64,000 nt of DNA, from positions 27,009-91,008 of the IMG/VR virus record IMGVR_UViG_3300037466_002724. The stretch is one strand, 5' to 3'. How positions within the stretch are numbered: position 1 is the stretch's first letter; each line of letters begins with the position of its first letter. The DNA comes from a virus. Positions 27,522-36,992 of this stretch are shown piece after piece. A program made the position numbers and the translations under genes. The notes under the pieces were generated by a model. It did no database searches and was not told where the DNA came from. It was given only the letters and a program-made list of their open reading frames with translations.

Positions 27522-28132
27522 CCGATTTCACCCGCCCGATTTCCGGTTTCCGGTTCGTCCAGACGCAGCGCGGCGACACGCTGCGCGCGGTGGCTCTGCG
27601 CGAGCTCGGGGACGCCAGCGGCTGGGCCCAGCTGATCTGGCTGAACAAGCTGGTCCCTCCGTACCTGACGGACGATCCGGCGGAAGTGCGCACCGGCGTC
27701 CTGCTGACCGGATCGACGATCCGTGTGCCGTCGGCGAGCGCGGAGGTCGATGCTGCCGTCTACCCGGACCAGGTATTCCAGACCGATTGCCTGCTCAAGG
27801 ATGGCGCGTTCCAATTCTCGGGCGGCGACTTCGCTACCGTGTCCGGCCGTGAAAACCTGCACCAGGCGCTGGTCCACCGCATCCAGACCGACCACGGCGA
27901 GCTGCAGTTTCACCCGCGCTACGGCGCCAACCTGGGTCGCCTGATCGGCTCGCTATCGGGCCCGGTGCGCGCGCTGGTCGCCGGCGACTATGTGGACGAG
28001 GCGCTGCGCGAGGAAACCCGCATCAAGGACGTGACCAAGGTGACGGCGACCACGACAGGTGACCGGCTGAGCGTCGATGCCGAGGTCGTGCCGATCACGG
28101 GCGTCAACCTGAACGTATCCAAGGTGGTGTAA
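27518..28132 (+). CDS. LysM + gp25-like baseplate wedge protein
   Basis: GDTLRAVA.RELGD…W..L…N LysM-like N-terminus; NLHQAL..RI.T..GEL.FHP.YG gp25-like C-terminus. Confidence 0.75.
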   Translation: MTDFTRPISGFRFVQTQRGDTLRAVALRELGDASGWAQLIWLNKLVPPYLTDDPAEVRTGVLLTGSTIRVPSASAEVDAAVYPDQVFQTDCLLKDGAFQFSGGDFATVSGRENLHQALVHRIQTDHGELQFHPRYGANLGRLIGSLSGPVRALVAGDYVDEALREETRIKDVTKVTATTTGDRLSVDAEVVPITGVNLNVSKVV

Positions 28133-29247
28133 TGGCATTTCAAATCAAGGATTTCCGCTCGATTTCGGCATCTATGGTGAACTGGATGAAGGCCACTCAG
28201 CAGAAGCTGACGGACTTCAACCAGGGTTCTGTCGCGCGCACGCTGGTCGAGGCCCCCGCCGCCGAGATCGACGAGCTCTACCAGCAGATGTTCATCGGCC
28301 TGAAAGAGGCGATCCCGGTCTCCGTCTACAACAGCTTCGGGTTCGATGCGATCACTGAGCTGCCGGCGACTGGGCTGATTCGGGTCAGCGTGACGGCCGC
28401 CGCGGTGCCGATCACGATCCCGGCTGGGACGACCTTCTCGCTGCCGTTCGGCGACGTGACGTACACCTCGAACAACGATGTCACGATTGCACCAGGGGGC
28501 ACCTATGCTGACGTGCTGGTCACCTGCTCGGTGACCGGCGCTGCCGGCAATCTGCTGCCGGGCCAGTCGTTCACTGCCGAGCCCACCATCGGCGGCTTCC
28601 AATCGGCGCAGAACCTGGCCGCCTTCATCAGCGGCGTGGATACCGAAACCGCCGAGGCGCGCAAGAACCGGTTCAATGCTTTCATCGCGGCGCTGCCGCG
28701 CGGCACCGTCGCGGCGCTGACCTACGGGCTCAGCCTGGTCAACCTGACGGATGCCAGCGGTAGCCAGATTGAGCGGGTTGCGTCGAGCTCGATCGTCGAG
28801 CCATGGGTGACCGACGACACCCAGCCGATCGCACTGGTTCATTGTTACATTCACAACGGCGTAGGTGGAACCTCCGGCGACCTTGTCAACCGGGCGATCG
28901 AGGTGATCCACGGCTACTACGACGCGAACGGCGTTGCGGTTCCCGGCTGGAAAGCGGCTGGCGTGAAGGTGGAAATCTACGCCGCCACCGAGGTGCTGGT
29001 CCCTGTCGCCGGCGTGTTGACGGCCATTGCCGGCTACGACAAGGCGACGCTGATCAGCCAGGCAGAGCAGGTGGTCTACAGCTACATCCTCACGCTGCCG
29101 ATCGGCGCCGCAGCCATCAAGTCGGAGCTGATCGCGCTCGTGATGGAGATCGACGGCGTGTTCAACATCACGTTCTCGGATCCGTCCGATGACGTGGCGG
29201 CAGACCAGCAGACCAAACTCATGCCGGGCGCGATCGCGCTGACCTGA
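28132..29247 (+). CDS. Baseplate J-like protein
   Basis: TDFNQGSVARTLVEA…C..TGAAGN…GVDTET…RGT motifs. Confidence 0.85.
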   Translation: MAFQIKDFRSISASMVNWMKATQQKLTDFNQGSVARTLVEAPAAEIDELYQQMFIGLKEAIPVSVYNSFGFDAITELPATGLIRVSVTAAAVPITIPAGTTFSLPFGDVTYTSNNDVTIAPGGTYADVLVTCSVTGAAGNLLPGQSFTAEPTIGGFQSAQNLAAFISGVDTETAEARKNRFNAFIAALPRGTVAALTYGLSLVNLTDASGSQIERVASSSIVEPWVTDDTQPIALVHCYIHNGVGGTSGDLVNRAIEVIHGYYDANGVAVPGWKAAGVKVEIYAATEVLVPVAGVLTAIAGYDKATLISQAEQVVYSYILTLPIGAAAIKSELIALVMEIDGVFNITFSDPSDDVAADQQTKLMPGAIALT

Positions 29248-30449
29248 TGAAGCTGACCCAGAAGCTCCTATCGTGCCTGCACCGGGTGTTCGACAAGGAC
29301 GCCGCACCGTTCCTCGTGCTGCGCCTGCGCTACGCTGGTGCAGGCATGACCTGGCGCGTGGAAAGCGCGACGCTGACCACGGCGCCGACCGGTGGCATCG
29401 GCGCGCCGCTGATGGTCGACTTGACCCAGTACACGATCGGCGAACTGGTCAACTACTTGGCCGCCCAACCGGGTTACTCGGTCGAGTATGCGGATCGGTC
29501 CGAGCTCTCCCTGATGGGTGCCGCGGTGCTGTTAGACGGCGCCGGGGACCAGAACCAGTCGAATGGTGACCACCTGTATGGCTACACCAGTGTGCTGTGG
29601 TCCTACATGGAGGCAAATGCGCGCGAGCTCGAAGCGGCTGCCGCCCAGATCGACCAGATGCTGCTCCAGATGAGCACGACCACCGCAGGCGACATCTGGC
29701 TGGACGAGCTGGGCGGCTACTATGGCGTGCCGCGCCTGCAGGGCGAGCTCGACGGGTCATACGGCCCACGCATCATCGCCGAGGTGCTGCGACAACGTGG
29801 AAACAATGTGGCGATCGAGGCGGCCATTTCAGCGTACACCGGCCAGTCCACAACAGTCACCGATGTGATCGTGCACACGCCGTTGTCGCCGCTCTTCGAT
29901 GCGCACGACGACTTCGATGGTGCGCGGTTCTACAACTCGACCTCTTCGCCGCTCTACGGTCTGTTCGACGTCGAATACAGCTATGACCTGATCAACGGTG
30001 GGCAGATCGACAGTTTCCAGCAGATCGTGCACGACCTGATCGGCCGCTTGCGCGACGCCGGCACGCACTTGCGCTCGCTGCTGCTCAAGGGCTCCGTGCT
30101 GATCGACACGGTGGCCGCTCCGACAGATGGCGGCGCGCTCGGACTGCAGCCTGGGTTGTCGTTGGCCGATGCCGTGGCAGCTCCCTCGGAGAGTACCACG
30201 ATGGCGGTCGGAGCGCTGCCGATGATCGACGCGCCCGATGTGTCGCTCGATGGTCTCGGCGTAGTAGTGACGACAAACTATCGATACAGCGGCGTGCGCA
30301 GGTTCAACGGGCAGGCGGTGTATCGGGGCGACCAGGTGAGCGCCGAAGACGTGGGTACGTCCGGCGACATCCCGTTCACGGCGCTGCTACTGGCTGATGG
30401 AACGCGCAATGCAAACGGCGCGGAAATTGCTGACGGATTGATCGGATAA
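29247..30449 (+). CDS. Baseplate wedge protein (gpI-like)
   Basis: TAGDIWLDELGGYYGVPR..GE.D..Y..RI motif; follows J. Confidence 0.7.
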   Translation: MKLTQKLLSCLHRVFDKDAAPFLVLRLRYAGAGMTWRVESATLTTAPTGGIGAPLMVDLTQYTIGELVNYLAAQPGYSVEYADRSELSLMGAAVLLDGAGDQNQSNGDHLYGYTSVLWSYMEANARELEAAAAQIDQMLLQMSTTTAGDIWLDELGGYYGVPRLQGELDGSYGPRIIAEVLRQRGNNVAIEAAISAYTGQSTTVTDVIVHTPLSPLFDAHDDFDGARFYNSTSSPLYGLFDVEYSYDLINGGQIDSFQQIVHDLIGRLRDAGTHLRSLLLKGSVLIDTVAAPTDGGALGLQPGLSLADAVAAPSESTTMAVGALPMIDAPDVSLDGLGVVVTTNYRYSGVRRFNGQAVYRGDQVSAEDVGTSGDIPFTALLLADGTRNANGAEIADGLIG

Positions 30450-30451
30450 AC

Positions 30452-32032
30452 ATGACGAACCTTATTGCCACCCCGGGCTGGGATGATGTCCCGCAAATCG
30501 AAACCACTACGCCGCTGCTCGGCGGGCCCGGCGGTGGTTTGAACGGTCCCGCGCAGGCCCTAGCCAACCGCAGTGAACTGCTGTCAGACCGGGACGATTC
30601 GATCAGCTTCGACTCGTTCTCGCCGACAGCTGATGGCGTTACGGATGTGGCTGGCCTATTCGAGACCGTGCGGGATTGGTGCAAGGCTGAAAATAAAAAA
30701 CTCATTGTCGAACCTGGTAGCTACTACCTCTCGCGGCATGTTTATTTCTCCGAGCGCGAGCTGGCCGAGATTCGCCGAGGTGCCAACTTCGTCAACAAGA
30801 AGCTGATCGTATCAGGACGCAGAGACCTGACGCACCACTACCAGAACGACCTACGGCCGCATGCCGACTGGGTCCAGTCCCTGACCTACGGCCGCGTTCA
30901 TTTCACCTTCGGCTTCCACTTGCCGTCGGGGATGAACAACCAGGGCATGACGTACTGGAATGGTGCCTATTACGTCGGCTTCGACGTGACCGGCGGTAAT
31001 GGGCAGATCAACCGCTACTACGACAACGGCGATCAGGATCTGGGCTACGGCAACGTATGGGTGCCGACCGCGCACACCGCCGAGCTGGCATACCGCAAGG
31101 CCGACAACCGCGTATATGCAGCCTCTGGCGGAGCCACTTCGCCCACATTCGTGTATCGCCTGTCGGGCACTGGAAACGCAGTCGACATGACGCTCGACTT
31201 TTCGGCGTACGGCAATTCTGGCCTGATCGCGTTCGACAACGACAACGACCTGCTGCTGCTGCACACCGGTCCAGATGACGCATCAGCTAAGACCTTCCGC
31301 CTGATCGACCTGAACGATAGCAATAGGGTTATTTCGCAATTCACGATCCCGAGTCAGGGCACGCCGCAGGGGCTGGAGACATTCGATTCGGTGATCTACT
31401 ACTGCTGCAATGGCAAGGTGGTGCTGCTCGACTATGCCGGCAACATCCTCGACACGTGGAGCTTCGGCGGCATGGTGGGCGAGTGCGAAGGTATCGCACT
31501 GGTGCAGAACTACGGCGAGCCGTGTTTGGCAATCTCGTTTAACTCGCCGCCGCGGGTGTACACGGTTCGGCCAGCGGGCAGCCTCGCCAACTTCAAGGGC
31601 GTGCAGACCGTTGGCTGCTGGAACCGCGCCGTCGACAACGGCAACAGCGGCCCCGGCACGTCGCTGGTGCCGAGCACGTTCAAGTGCTCAATTCGGAAAG
31701 TTGGCGCCGGTGCTTCGCCGGACTACGGATGGAAGGTGTCGACCTTCGGCAGCGGAAATCACACTTTCAACGACCTTCTGAACACGCCGACCACCAGCAC
31801 GACGGAAGTGCGCTTCAAGTTCAAGCGCACGTTCTTCCAGTCGATCGTCAACGTCATGTGCTCGACTGGCAAAGGCTCGCCCTACATCGCGCGTGCCGAC
31901 TACGACGAGAGCACGCAGGAAATCGTGGTGCAGCTGCTGACTTCGGCGCTGGCCGTGGTGAACCCGCAGACCGCCGCCGACAACCTGCTGTGGGTGTCTA
32001 TCGACGGCGGCGTGCGCTACGACAACTACTAG
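30452..32032 (+). CDS. Putative receptor-binding protein with fibre-type anchor and beta-propeller-like region
   Basis: N-terminal IETTTPLLGG…ALANRS anchor; repeated QGM/QGL/EGI blade-like motifs. Confidence 0.55.
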   Translation: MTNLIATPGWDDVPQIETTTPLLGGPGGGLNGPAQALANRSELLSDRDDSISFDSFSPTADGVTDVAGLFETVRDWCKAENKKLIVEPGSYYLSRHVYFSERELAEIRRGANFVNKKLIVSGRRDLTHHYQNDLRPHADWVQSLTYGRVHFTFGFHLPSGMNNQGMTYWNGAYYVGFDVTGGNGQINRYYDNGDQDLGYGNVWVPTAHTAELAYRKADNRVYAASGGATSPTFVYRLSGTGNAVDMTLDFSAYGNSGLIAFDNDNDLLLLHTGPDDASAKTFRLIDLNDSNRVISQFTIPSQGTPQGLETFDSVIYYCCNGKVVLLDYAGNILDTWSFGGMVGECEGIALVQNYGEPCLAISFNSPPRVYTVRPAGSLANFKGVQTVGCWNRAVDNGNSGPGTSLVPSTFKCSIRKVGAGASPDYGWKVSTFGSGNHTFNDLLNTPTTSTTEVRFKFKRTFFQSIVNVMCSTGKGSPYIARADYDESTQEIVVQLLTSALAVVNPQTAADNLLWVSIDGGVRYDNY

Positions 32033-32047
32033 GACCGTCTCCAAATC

Positions 32048-32063
32048 GTCGTGACACCACAAT
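32048..32063 (+). promoter_or_regulatory. Putative phage late promoter
   Basis: GTCGTGAC-ac-CACAAT; leadered (GGAGG before GTG 32090). Confidence 0.7.
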
Positions 32064-32089
32064 GACCTCTAACACCATCGGAGGTCATT

Positions 32090-32533
32090 GTGAAATTCAA
32101 CGACGATGTGGGCCGGCCTCGCGGCGAGTTCATCCTGAACGTATTCCGCGGCGGCGAGCTCATCGAACAATACCGCGACGCGAACCTGGTCGTGGACAGC
32201 TCGAAGCCGACGCTGGCCAAGCTGCTCGGCGGAACCGTCGCGAACAACAGCGTCACCCAGATCGCATTCGGCACCAGCGGCACCTCGCCCGCCCCCGGCA
32301 ACACCTCGATCACCAGCCCGTACCAGAAGGCGATCGACACGGTCACCTACCCGGCCAGCAACCAGGTCTCCTTCAACTTTTCGCTGGGTACTGGCGAGGC
32401 GAACGGGATGGGTATCCTCGAATTCGGCCTGCTGACCACCGCCGGGGCCTTGTTTGCCCGCAAGGTGCGCACCTCCGCCCTCAACAAGGATACCGACCTG
32501 ACGCTGTCCGGATCCTGGATTATTTCCTTCTAA
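32090..32533 (+). CDS. Baseplate/tail fibre attachment protein
   Basis: NLVV…IAFGTSGT…EANGMGILEFGL…LFARK motif. Confidence 0.7.
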   Translation: MKFNDDVGRPRGEFILNVFRGGELIEQYRDANLVVDSSKPTLAKLLGGTVANNSVTQIAFGTSGTSPAPGNTSITSPYQKAIDTVTYPASNQVSFNFSLGTGEANGMGILEFGLLTTAGALFARKVRTSALNKDTDLTLSGSWIISF

Positions 32534-32542
32534 GGGCCGCAC

Positions 32543-34093
32543 ATGGCGAACATCCCAGAGCTCATTCAATACGACGCTGGCATCTACCAGCTCGAAACCA
32601 CTGACCCGGTCCAGGGCGGCGTCAACGGCATCGCGAACGCGCAAGCCAAGGGGCTCGCGAACCGCACCGCGTACCTGAAACAACATATCGACAACCTGGA
32701 GGCCGGCAACACAATCCCGCCTGGCATCGCCAAGGTTGATAGCCAGGCGTTCACTGGTTCGCCGACGGTGCCAACGCCGGCGCGCGGCGACCGCAGCCTG
32801 CTGATCGCCAACACGACGTTCGTTAAGGACGTCGCGCACGGCGTCCTGGCAAAGAATGTAGCCGGCGGCGCCAATGTCACGCTTACTGCGGATGAGGCCA
32901 GCTACGCCATCCTGGTGCTGACGGGCGCCATCACCGCCAACATCGACGTGATCGTGCCGGCCACCGCGCACAACTTCGTCGTCCTGAACCAGACCACGGG
33001 CGCGTACACGCTGCGCATCAAGACCGCGGCCGGCACCGGTGTCTACGTCAAGCAGGGCAAAAACCTTGAGCTCGTCTGCGACGGCACCAACGTCCTGCAG
33101 GCCACGACCGATTTCACCGACACGGCGCTGACTGGCACCCCGACGGCCCCGACGGCGGCGATTGGCGACAATAGCACCCAGCTGGTCAACACGTCGTTCC
33201 TGCAGAACACCATCGGTGGCGTGGTATCCGTCAATGTGGCCGGCGGCGCCGACGTCACGCTGACCCAGCCCCAGTGGGGCTACGGCATCATCCTGCTGAC
33301 CGGTGCGATCACTGCCAACATCAATGTCATCCTGCCGACCATCAACGACCAGTGGATCATATGCAATAAGACCACGGGCAACTTTACGGTGACCCTCAAG
33401 ACGGCCGCCGGCACCGGCGCCGTGGTCCAGCAGGGCGCGAGCGTGGTCGCCTACTGCGATGGCACGAATATCGCGCTGGCCGGCTCGACCCCGGCGTCCA
33501 CGTTCAACCCGGTGCAGATTTCCGGCACCGGTACGACCTTCGCCCTGACCTACACGCCGGGCAACCTGATCGTGGTGAAGAACGGCGCGACGCTGGCGCC
33601 CACCGACTACACTGCAACCAGCGGCACCAGCATCACGTTCAACACGGCGCTGGTCAGCAGCGATGTCGTGTACGCGTTCGTTTTTTCGTCGATCGTCATC
33701 GCCAATGCGCTGACCCAGGCGAGCGCGGATCTGCGCTATGCGCTGATCAACAACGGGACGCTGAACAAGCCCACCATCAAGGGCTACATCGAGCAGCTGC
33801 AGTCGCTCACGGGAGCCTTGGTGACGGTCGACCCGACCAACGGCACGATCGTGCTAATCACCACGTCGGCCAACACCACGATCACGTTGCCGACGCCGGT
33901 CGACGGCATATGCTTTGTGCTGGTTGTCTCGTACGGCGGCGCGCACACGGTCATGTTCGCTGGCGGTGGCACGCTGCGCTGGGCCAATGGTTCCGCGCCG
34001 ACAGCCACCAGCACGGCTGGCAAGATGGACAAATACGTATTCACCTGCCTGGGTGGCAATACGCTTGGCCAGGACGGCGGCCGGGGCTTCTGA
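32543..34093 (+). CDS. Tail fibre protein with internal duplication
   Basis: YQLETTDPVQGG…LANRTAYLK N-terminus; two ~120-aa repeats (FTG.PT.PT…VAGGA.VTLT…LTGAITANI…KTAAGTG). Confidence 0.85.
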   Translation: MANIPELIQYDAGIYQLETTDPVQGGVNGIANAQAKGLANRTAYLKQHIDNLEAGNTIPPGIAKVDSQAFTGSPTVPTPARGDRSLLIANTTFVKDVAHGVLAKNVAGGANVTLTADEASYAILVLTGAITANIDVIVPATAHNFVVLNQTTGAYTLRIKTAAGTGVYVKQGKNLELVCDGTNVLQATTDFTDTALTGTPTAPTAAIGDNSTQLVNTSFLQNTIGGVVSVNVAGGADVTLTQPQWGYGIILLTGAITANINVILPTINDQWIICNKTTGNFTVTLKTAAGTGAVVQQGASVVAYCDGTNIALAGSTPASTFNPVQISGTGTTFALTYTPGNLIVVKNGATLAPTDYTATSGTSITFNTALVSSDVVYAFVFSSIVIANALTQASADLRYALINNGTLNKPTIKGYIEQLQSLTGALVTVDPTNGTIVLITTSANTTITLPTPVDGICFVLVVSYGGAHTVMFAGGGTLRWANGSAPTATSTAGKMDKYVFTCLGGNTLGQDGGRGF

Positions 34094-34752
34094 TGTTTAG
34101 CTCTATCGGAATAGCCACCCGCCGGCTGGTCACCCAGACGTTCACCGGCAATGGCACGTGGACAGCGCCCGCGACCACGACGCGGATCGAGTCGGCGAGC
34201 GGTTATGGTGCGGCCGGCACGCCGAGCAGCTACAGCGGCGATGTAAATCAGAGCCACATAGTCGATACGATTCTTGGACAGAATAACACAGGTAACGGAT
34301 CCTCGACATCTGGAGCCCGGTCCTGGGATAGCTTCCAGAACGATGCTGTCAGTGTTGCCTCTCACATCAACGGTGGTGGGACAGGGACGGACTTGGACTT
34401 CCATTACACCGGTCATTTGGCTGATAACACCTATGATTGGGCGACGAATTCGTTTCCTTTCAATAATGCTATCCCCGGAAGCGCGACGGTCTCCTATAGC
34501 TCCGGATGGAAAACTACCGGGGCGGTCGTTGACGGGGACATTGGTTTCAGCACGGTCGCCTGGCGCGAGTACGGCACGACTACGCCAGCCACGACAGGAG
34601 CCGACACGACCGCCTTCGGCGACACGTTCCCGGGCGGCACTGGTGGTCCGGCGACCCCGACATCGTTCTCGAACATCGCGGTCACCCCTGGCACCGCATA
34701 CCCCATCACGGTCCCGTCAGGCGGATCGTTGACAATCACGTATTACCAATAA
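34093..34752 (+). CDS. Tail fibre-associated protein
   Basis: TGATG coupling; Thr/Gly-rich (TFTGNGTWTAP…AVTPGTAYPITV); lower-GC central part. Confidence 0.7.
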   Translation: MFSSIGIATRRLVTQTFTGNGTWTAPATTTRIESASGYGAAGTPSSYSGDVNQSHIVDTILGQNNTGNGSSTSGARSWDSFQNDAVSVASHINGGGTGTDLDFHYTGHLADNTYDWATNSFPFNNAIPGSATVSYSSGWKTTGAVVDGDIGFSTVAWREYGTTTPATTGADTTAFGDTFPGGTGGPATPTSFSNIAVTPGTAYPITVPSGGSLTITYYQ

Positions 34753-34770
34753 GAAAGGCTGGGCCGATGT

Positions 34771-35655
34771 GTGTCGATTGCTGAAAACCTTGCACGGATC
34801 GCTTCCTTCCTGACGGCTGACACGTCGGGGAACCTGACCGGCACAACTACACCGCCGTCGAACGACAACTCGAAGGCACTGGCCACCACCGAGTGGTTCA
34901 ACCTGCTGGCGGCCGCGCATGGTCAGTGCCGGCTGGCTTACGTCAGCGGGACCTCGATTAAGCTGTCCCCGGCCAACGGCCGCAGCCTGATCATCAATGG
35001 CACGGCGCAACAGGTACCGACGGCTGGCGTGACGGTCTCCAACTCGGGACTTGCCGCCTCGACGCTCTACTACGTGTACGCATACATGAATGCCGGTGCG
35101 ATGGCGCTTGAGCTGTCTACTACCGGGCATTCCACCAACACGAATTGTGTCGAGATCAAGAGTGGCGACGCATCGCGCACGCTCGTCGGCATGGCGTACT
35201 TGAACGCCAGCTCCCAGTTCCAGGACGATACGGCCAACCTGCTGGTGCTTTCTTACTTCAACCGCAAGCGCAAGGTGGGCAAGGCGAAATTCACGGCCGA
35301 TCGCTTCATGGCGTCCAGTGTTGGCGTATTCAGCGAAGTCAACACCGAGATCCGCGTGACTTTCCTGACGTGGGCAGACGAGCCGGTTCGCCAGGCCATT
35401 TGTGGTGGCTGGACCGTCAATGGCGCGGCCACCGGTTACGGCTATGCCAACATCGACAACGATACAAGCGGCCAGCGTGCCTGGTGCTCGACCAGCTCGA
35501 ACACGACCACCACGCTGAGCTCGGTCGACGAGCGGTTCGTGACCGAGGGCTATCACTTCGGCTCGCTCACCGGCAACTGCGCCAGCGGCACCAGTGTCCA
35601 GTACATCGGCGGAAAGAACGGCGAAGTGAGCCACGTGCTGACTGTGGCGGGGTGA
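34771..35655 (+). CDS. Tail fibre/RBP-like protein
   Basis: TTPPSNDNSKALATTEW fibre repeat; GLAASTLYYVYA…RTLVGM…VLSYFNR. Confidence 0.65.
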   Translation: MSIAENLARIASFLTADTSGNLTGTTTPPSNDNSKALATTEWFNLLAAAHGQCRLAYVSGTSIKLSPANGRSLIINGTAQQVPTAGVTVSNSGLAASTLYYVYAYMNAGAMALELSTTGHSTNTNCVEIKSGDASRTLVGMAYLNASSQFQDDTANLLVLSYFNRKRKVGKAKFTADRFMASSVGVFSEVNTEIRVTFLTWADEPVRQAICGGWTVNGAATGYGYANIDNDTSGQRAWCSTSSNTTTTLSSVDERFVTEGYHFGSLTGNCASGTSVQYIGGKNGEVSHVLTVAG

Positions 35656-35680
35656 TTGGCGGCGCGCTCGTTGGGCGGCC

Positions 35681-35696
35681 GTCGTGACGATACGAT
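35681..35696 (+). promoter_or_regulatory. Putative phage late promoter of the lysis cassette
   Basis: GTCGTGAC-ga-TACGAT. Confidence 0.7.
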
Positions 35697-35737
35697 TCTG
35701 AACAGCAACTTCACAATCCTCTTCTAAGGCGCCCGAT

Positions 35738-36013
35738 ATGGCGAGTTCCCAACCCGACAACCGGGTCCGCTTCGACCGAACGGTCAACCTCGGTCACATC
35801 CTGACATTCATCGGCTTCCTGATCACCGCCGGTGTCGGCTGGAGCACGATGGACCGCCGTGTGTCGGTGCTCGAGGACCGGGTCGCCATGCAGCGCGAGC
35901 GTGATTCGATGCAGGACGCTTCGAACAAAGACAAGTTTCAAGAGGTGCGCGAGAGCCTGCAGGACTTGAAGCGCAGCGTCGAGAAAGTAGCCGATAAGGT
36001 GGGGGCAAAGTGA
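35738..36013 (+). CDS. Small membrane protein (1 TM + coiled coil), possible holin/antiholin
   Basis: NLGHILTFIGFLITAGVGW TM; first gene of the lysis unit. Confidence 0.6.
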   Translation: MASSQPDNRVRFDRTVNLGHILTFIGFLITAGVGWSTMDRRVSVLEDRVAMQRERDSMQDASNKDKFQEVRESLQDLKRSVEKVADKVGAK

Positions 36014-36312
36014 TGAAGAATTCCGTGGGGTTCCTGGGCTCGATCAAGGACAAGATGCGCATGTTTCACTGGGTGCTGATCTCGATCGCCCTGTATGTCG
36101 CGGCTGCGATACTGGCGGCCACGCAGTCCCTGCCACAGGTGCAGGTCGTGCTGTGGAAGCTCGGGCACATCACCCTGGCGGCTTTCGTCGGATACTGGGT
36201 CGACCGCCACGGCGCCCGTGATCGGCTCACAGAGACCAGCCCGCCGCATGCGCACCTGCGCCGGGCAATCATCATCGGCGCGGCGATGCTCGCCATCGCC
36301 ATGGGGCTTTAA
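36013..36312 (+). CDS. Holin (2-3 TM)
   Basis: KLGHITLAAFVGYWVDR…RRAIIIGAAMLAIAMGL motif. Confidence 0.8.
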   Translation: MKNSVGFLGSIKDKMRMFHWVLISIALYVAAAILAATQSLPQVQVVLWKLGHITLAAFVGYWVDRHGARDRLTETSPPHAHLRRAIIIGAAMLAIAMGL

Positions 36313-36377
36313 GATAACGGTCTTGGCTGTGGTATTATTGTTTAGCACACCTTCGTGCTACTTCTATTTCCACAGTC

Positions 36378-36992
36378 ATGAACCTGAAACACGGTATGTA
36401 CGGCACCCCGACTTACAACTCGTGGGCCGCCATGAAGCAGCGCTGCTATTACGAAAAGCACATTGAATTCGAGCGGTACGGAGCACGCGGTATAAAGGTT
36501 TGCGAGAGGTGGCACGACTTCATTGGCTTCTTTGCTGACATGGGTGTCAGACCCGATGGGTGCACGATCGACAGGATTGACCCTGACGGTGATTACGAAC
36601 CAGGCAACTGTCGATGGGCTACAGGAATCGAGCAGGCCAACAACTGCGGCTCTAACCATGTGATCTGCTGGCAGGGTAGAGCACTGACTGCAGCAGAATG
36701 GGCACGCGAAGTTGGGTTCAAGAATGGCGGCGTGATCACAAAGCGGCTTCGTAGGGGGTGGTCAATTGGAGATGCCCTTGGGAAGCCAAATGGCACGTTC
36801 GTGAATGAGCCTGGTGGGAAGGCGACACAGTTCCAACCCGTGACGTTAGAGTTTAATGGGGAACGAAAGAGCATTTCAGAATGGGCGCAACACTTAGGCT
36901 TTGCCAATCCATCGGCTATTTCAAAACGGTTGCGACGTGGCTTGCCATTGTCGGATGTACTGTCGCCACCTCAGCGCAAGCGCAAGAACTGA
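36378..36992 (+). CDS. Free-standing HNH-type homing endonuclease
   Basis: HG…YNSW..MKQRC…YGARGIKVCERW…TIDRIDPDGDYEPGNCRWAT..Q..N plus two repeated C-terminal DNA-binding units; low GC. Confidence 0.85.
   Translation: MNLKHGMYGTPTYNSWAAMKQRCYYEKHIEFERYGARGIKVCERWHDFIGFFADMGVRPDGCTIDRIDPDGDYEPGNCRWATGIEQANNCGSNHVICWQGRALTAAEWAREVGFKNGGVITKRLRRGWSIGDALGKPNGTFVNEPGGKATQFQPVTLEFNGERKSISEWAQHLGFANPSAISKRLRRGLPLSDVLSPPQRKRKN

Noticed and set aside
32543-35655. Diversity-generating retroelement or invertible tail-fibre cassette
   Set aside because: No reverse transcriptase, TR/VR pair, invertase or inverted fibre copies seen; the repeat in 32543 is an ordinary diverged domain duplication.
36313-36992. 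Group I intron in the lysin gene
   Set aside because: No upstream lysin exon with a start codon, and no non-coding room for a ribozyme core on either side of the HNH ORF.
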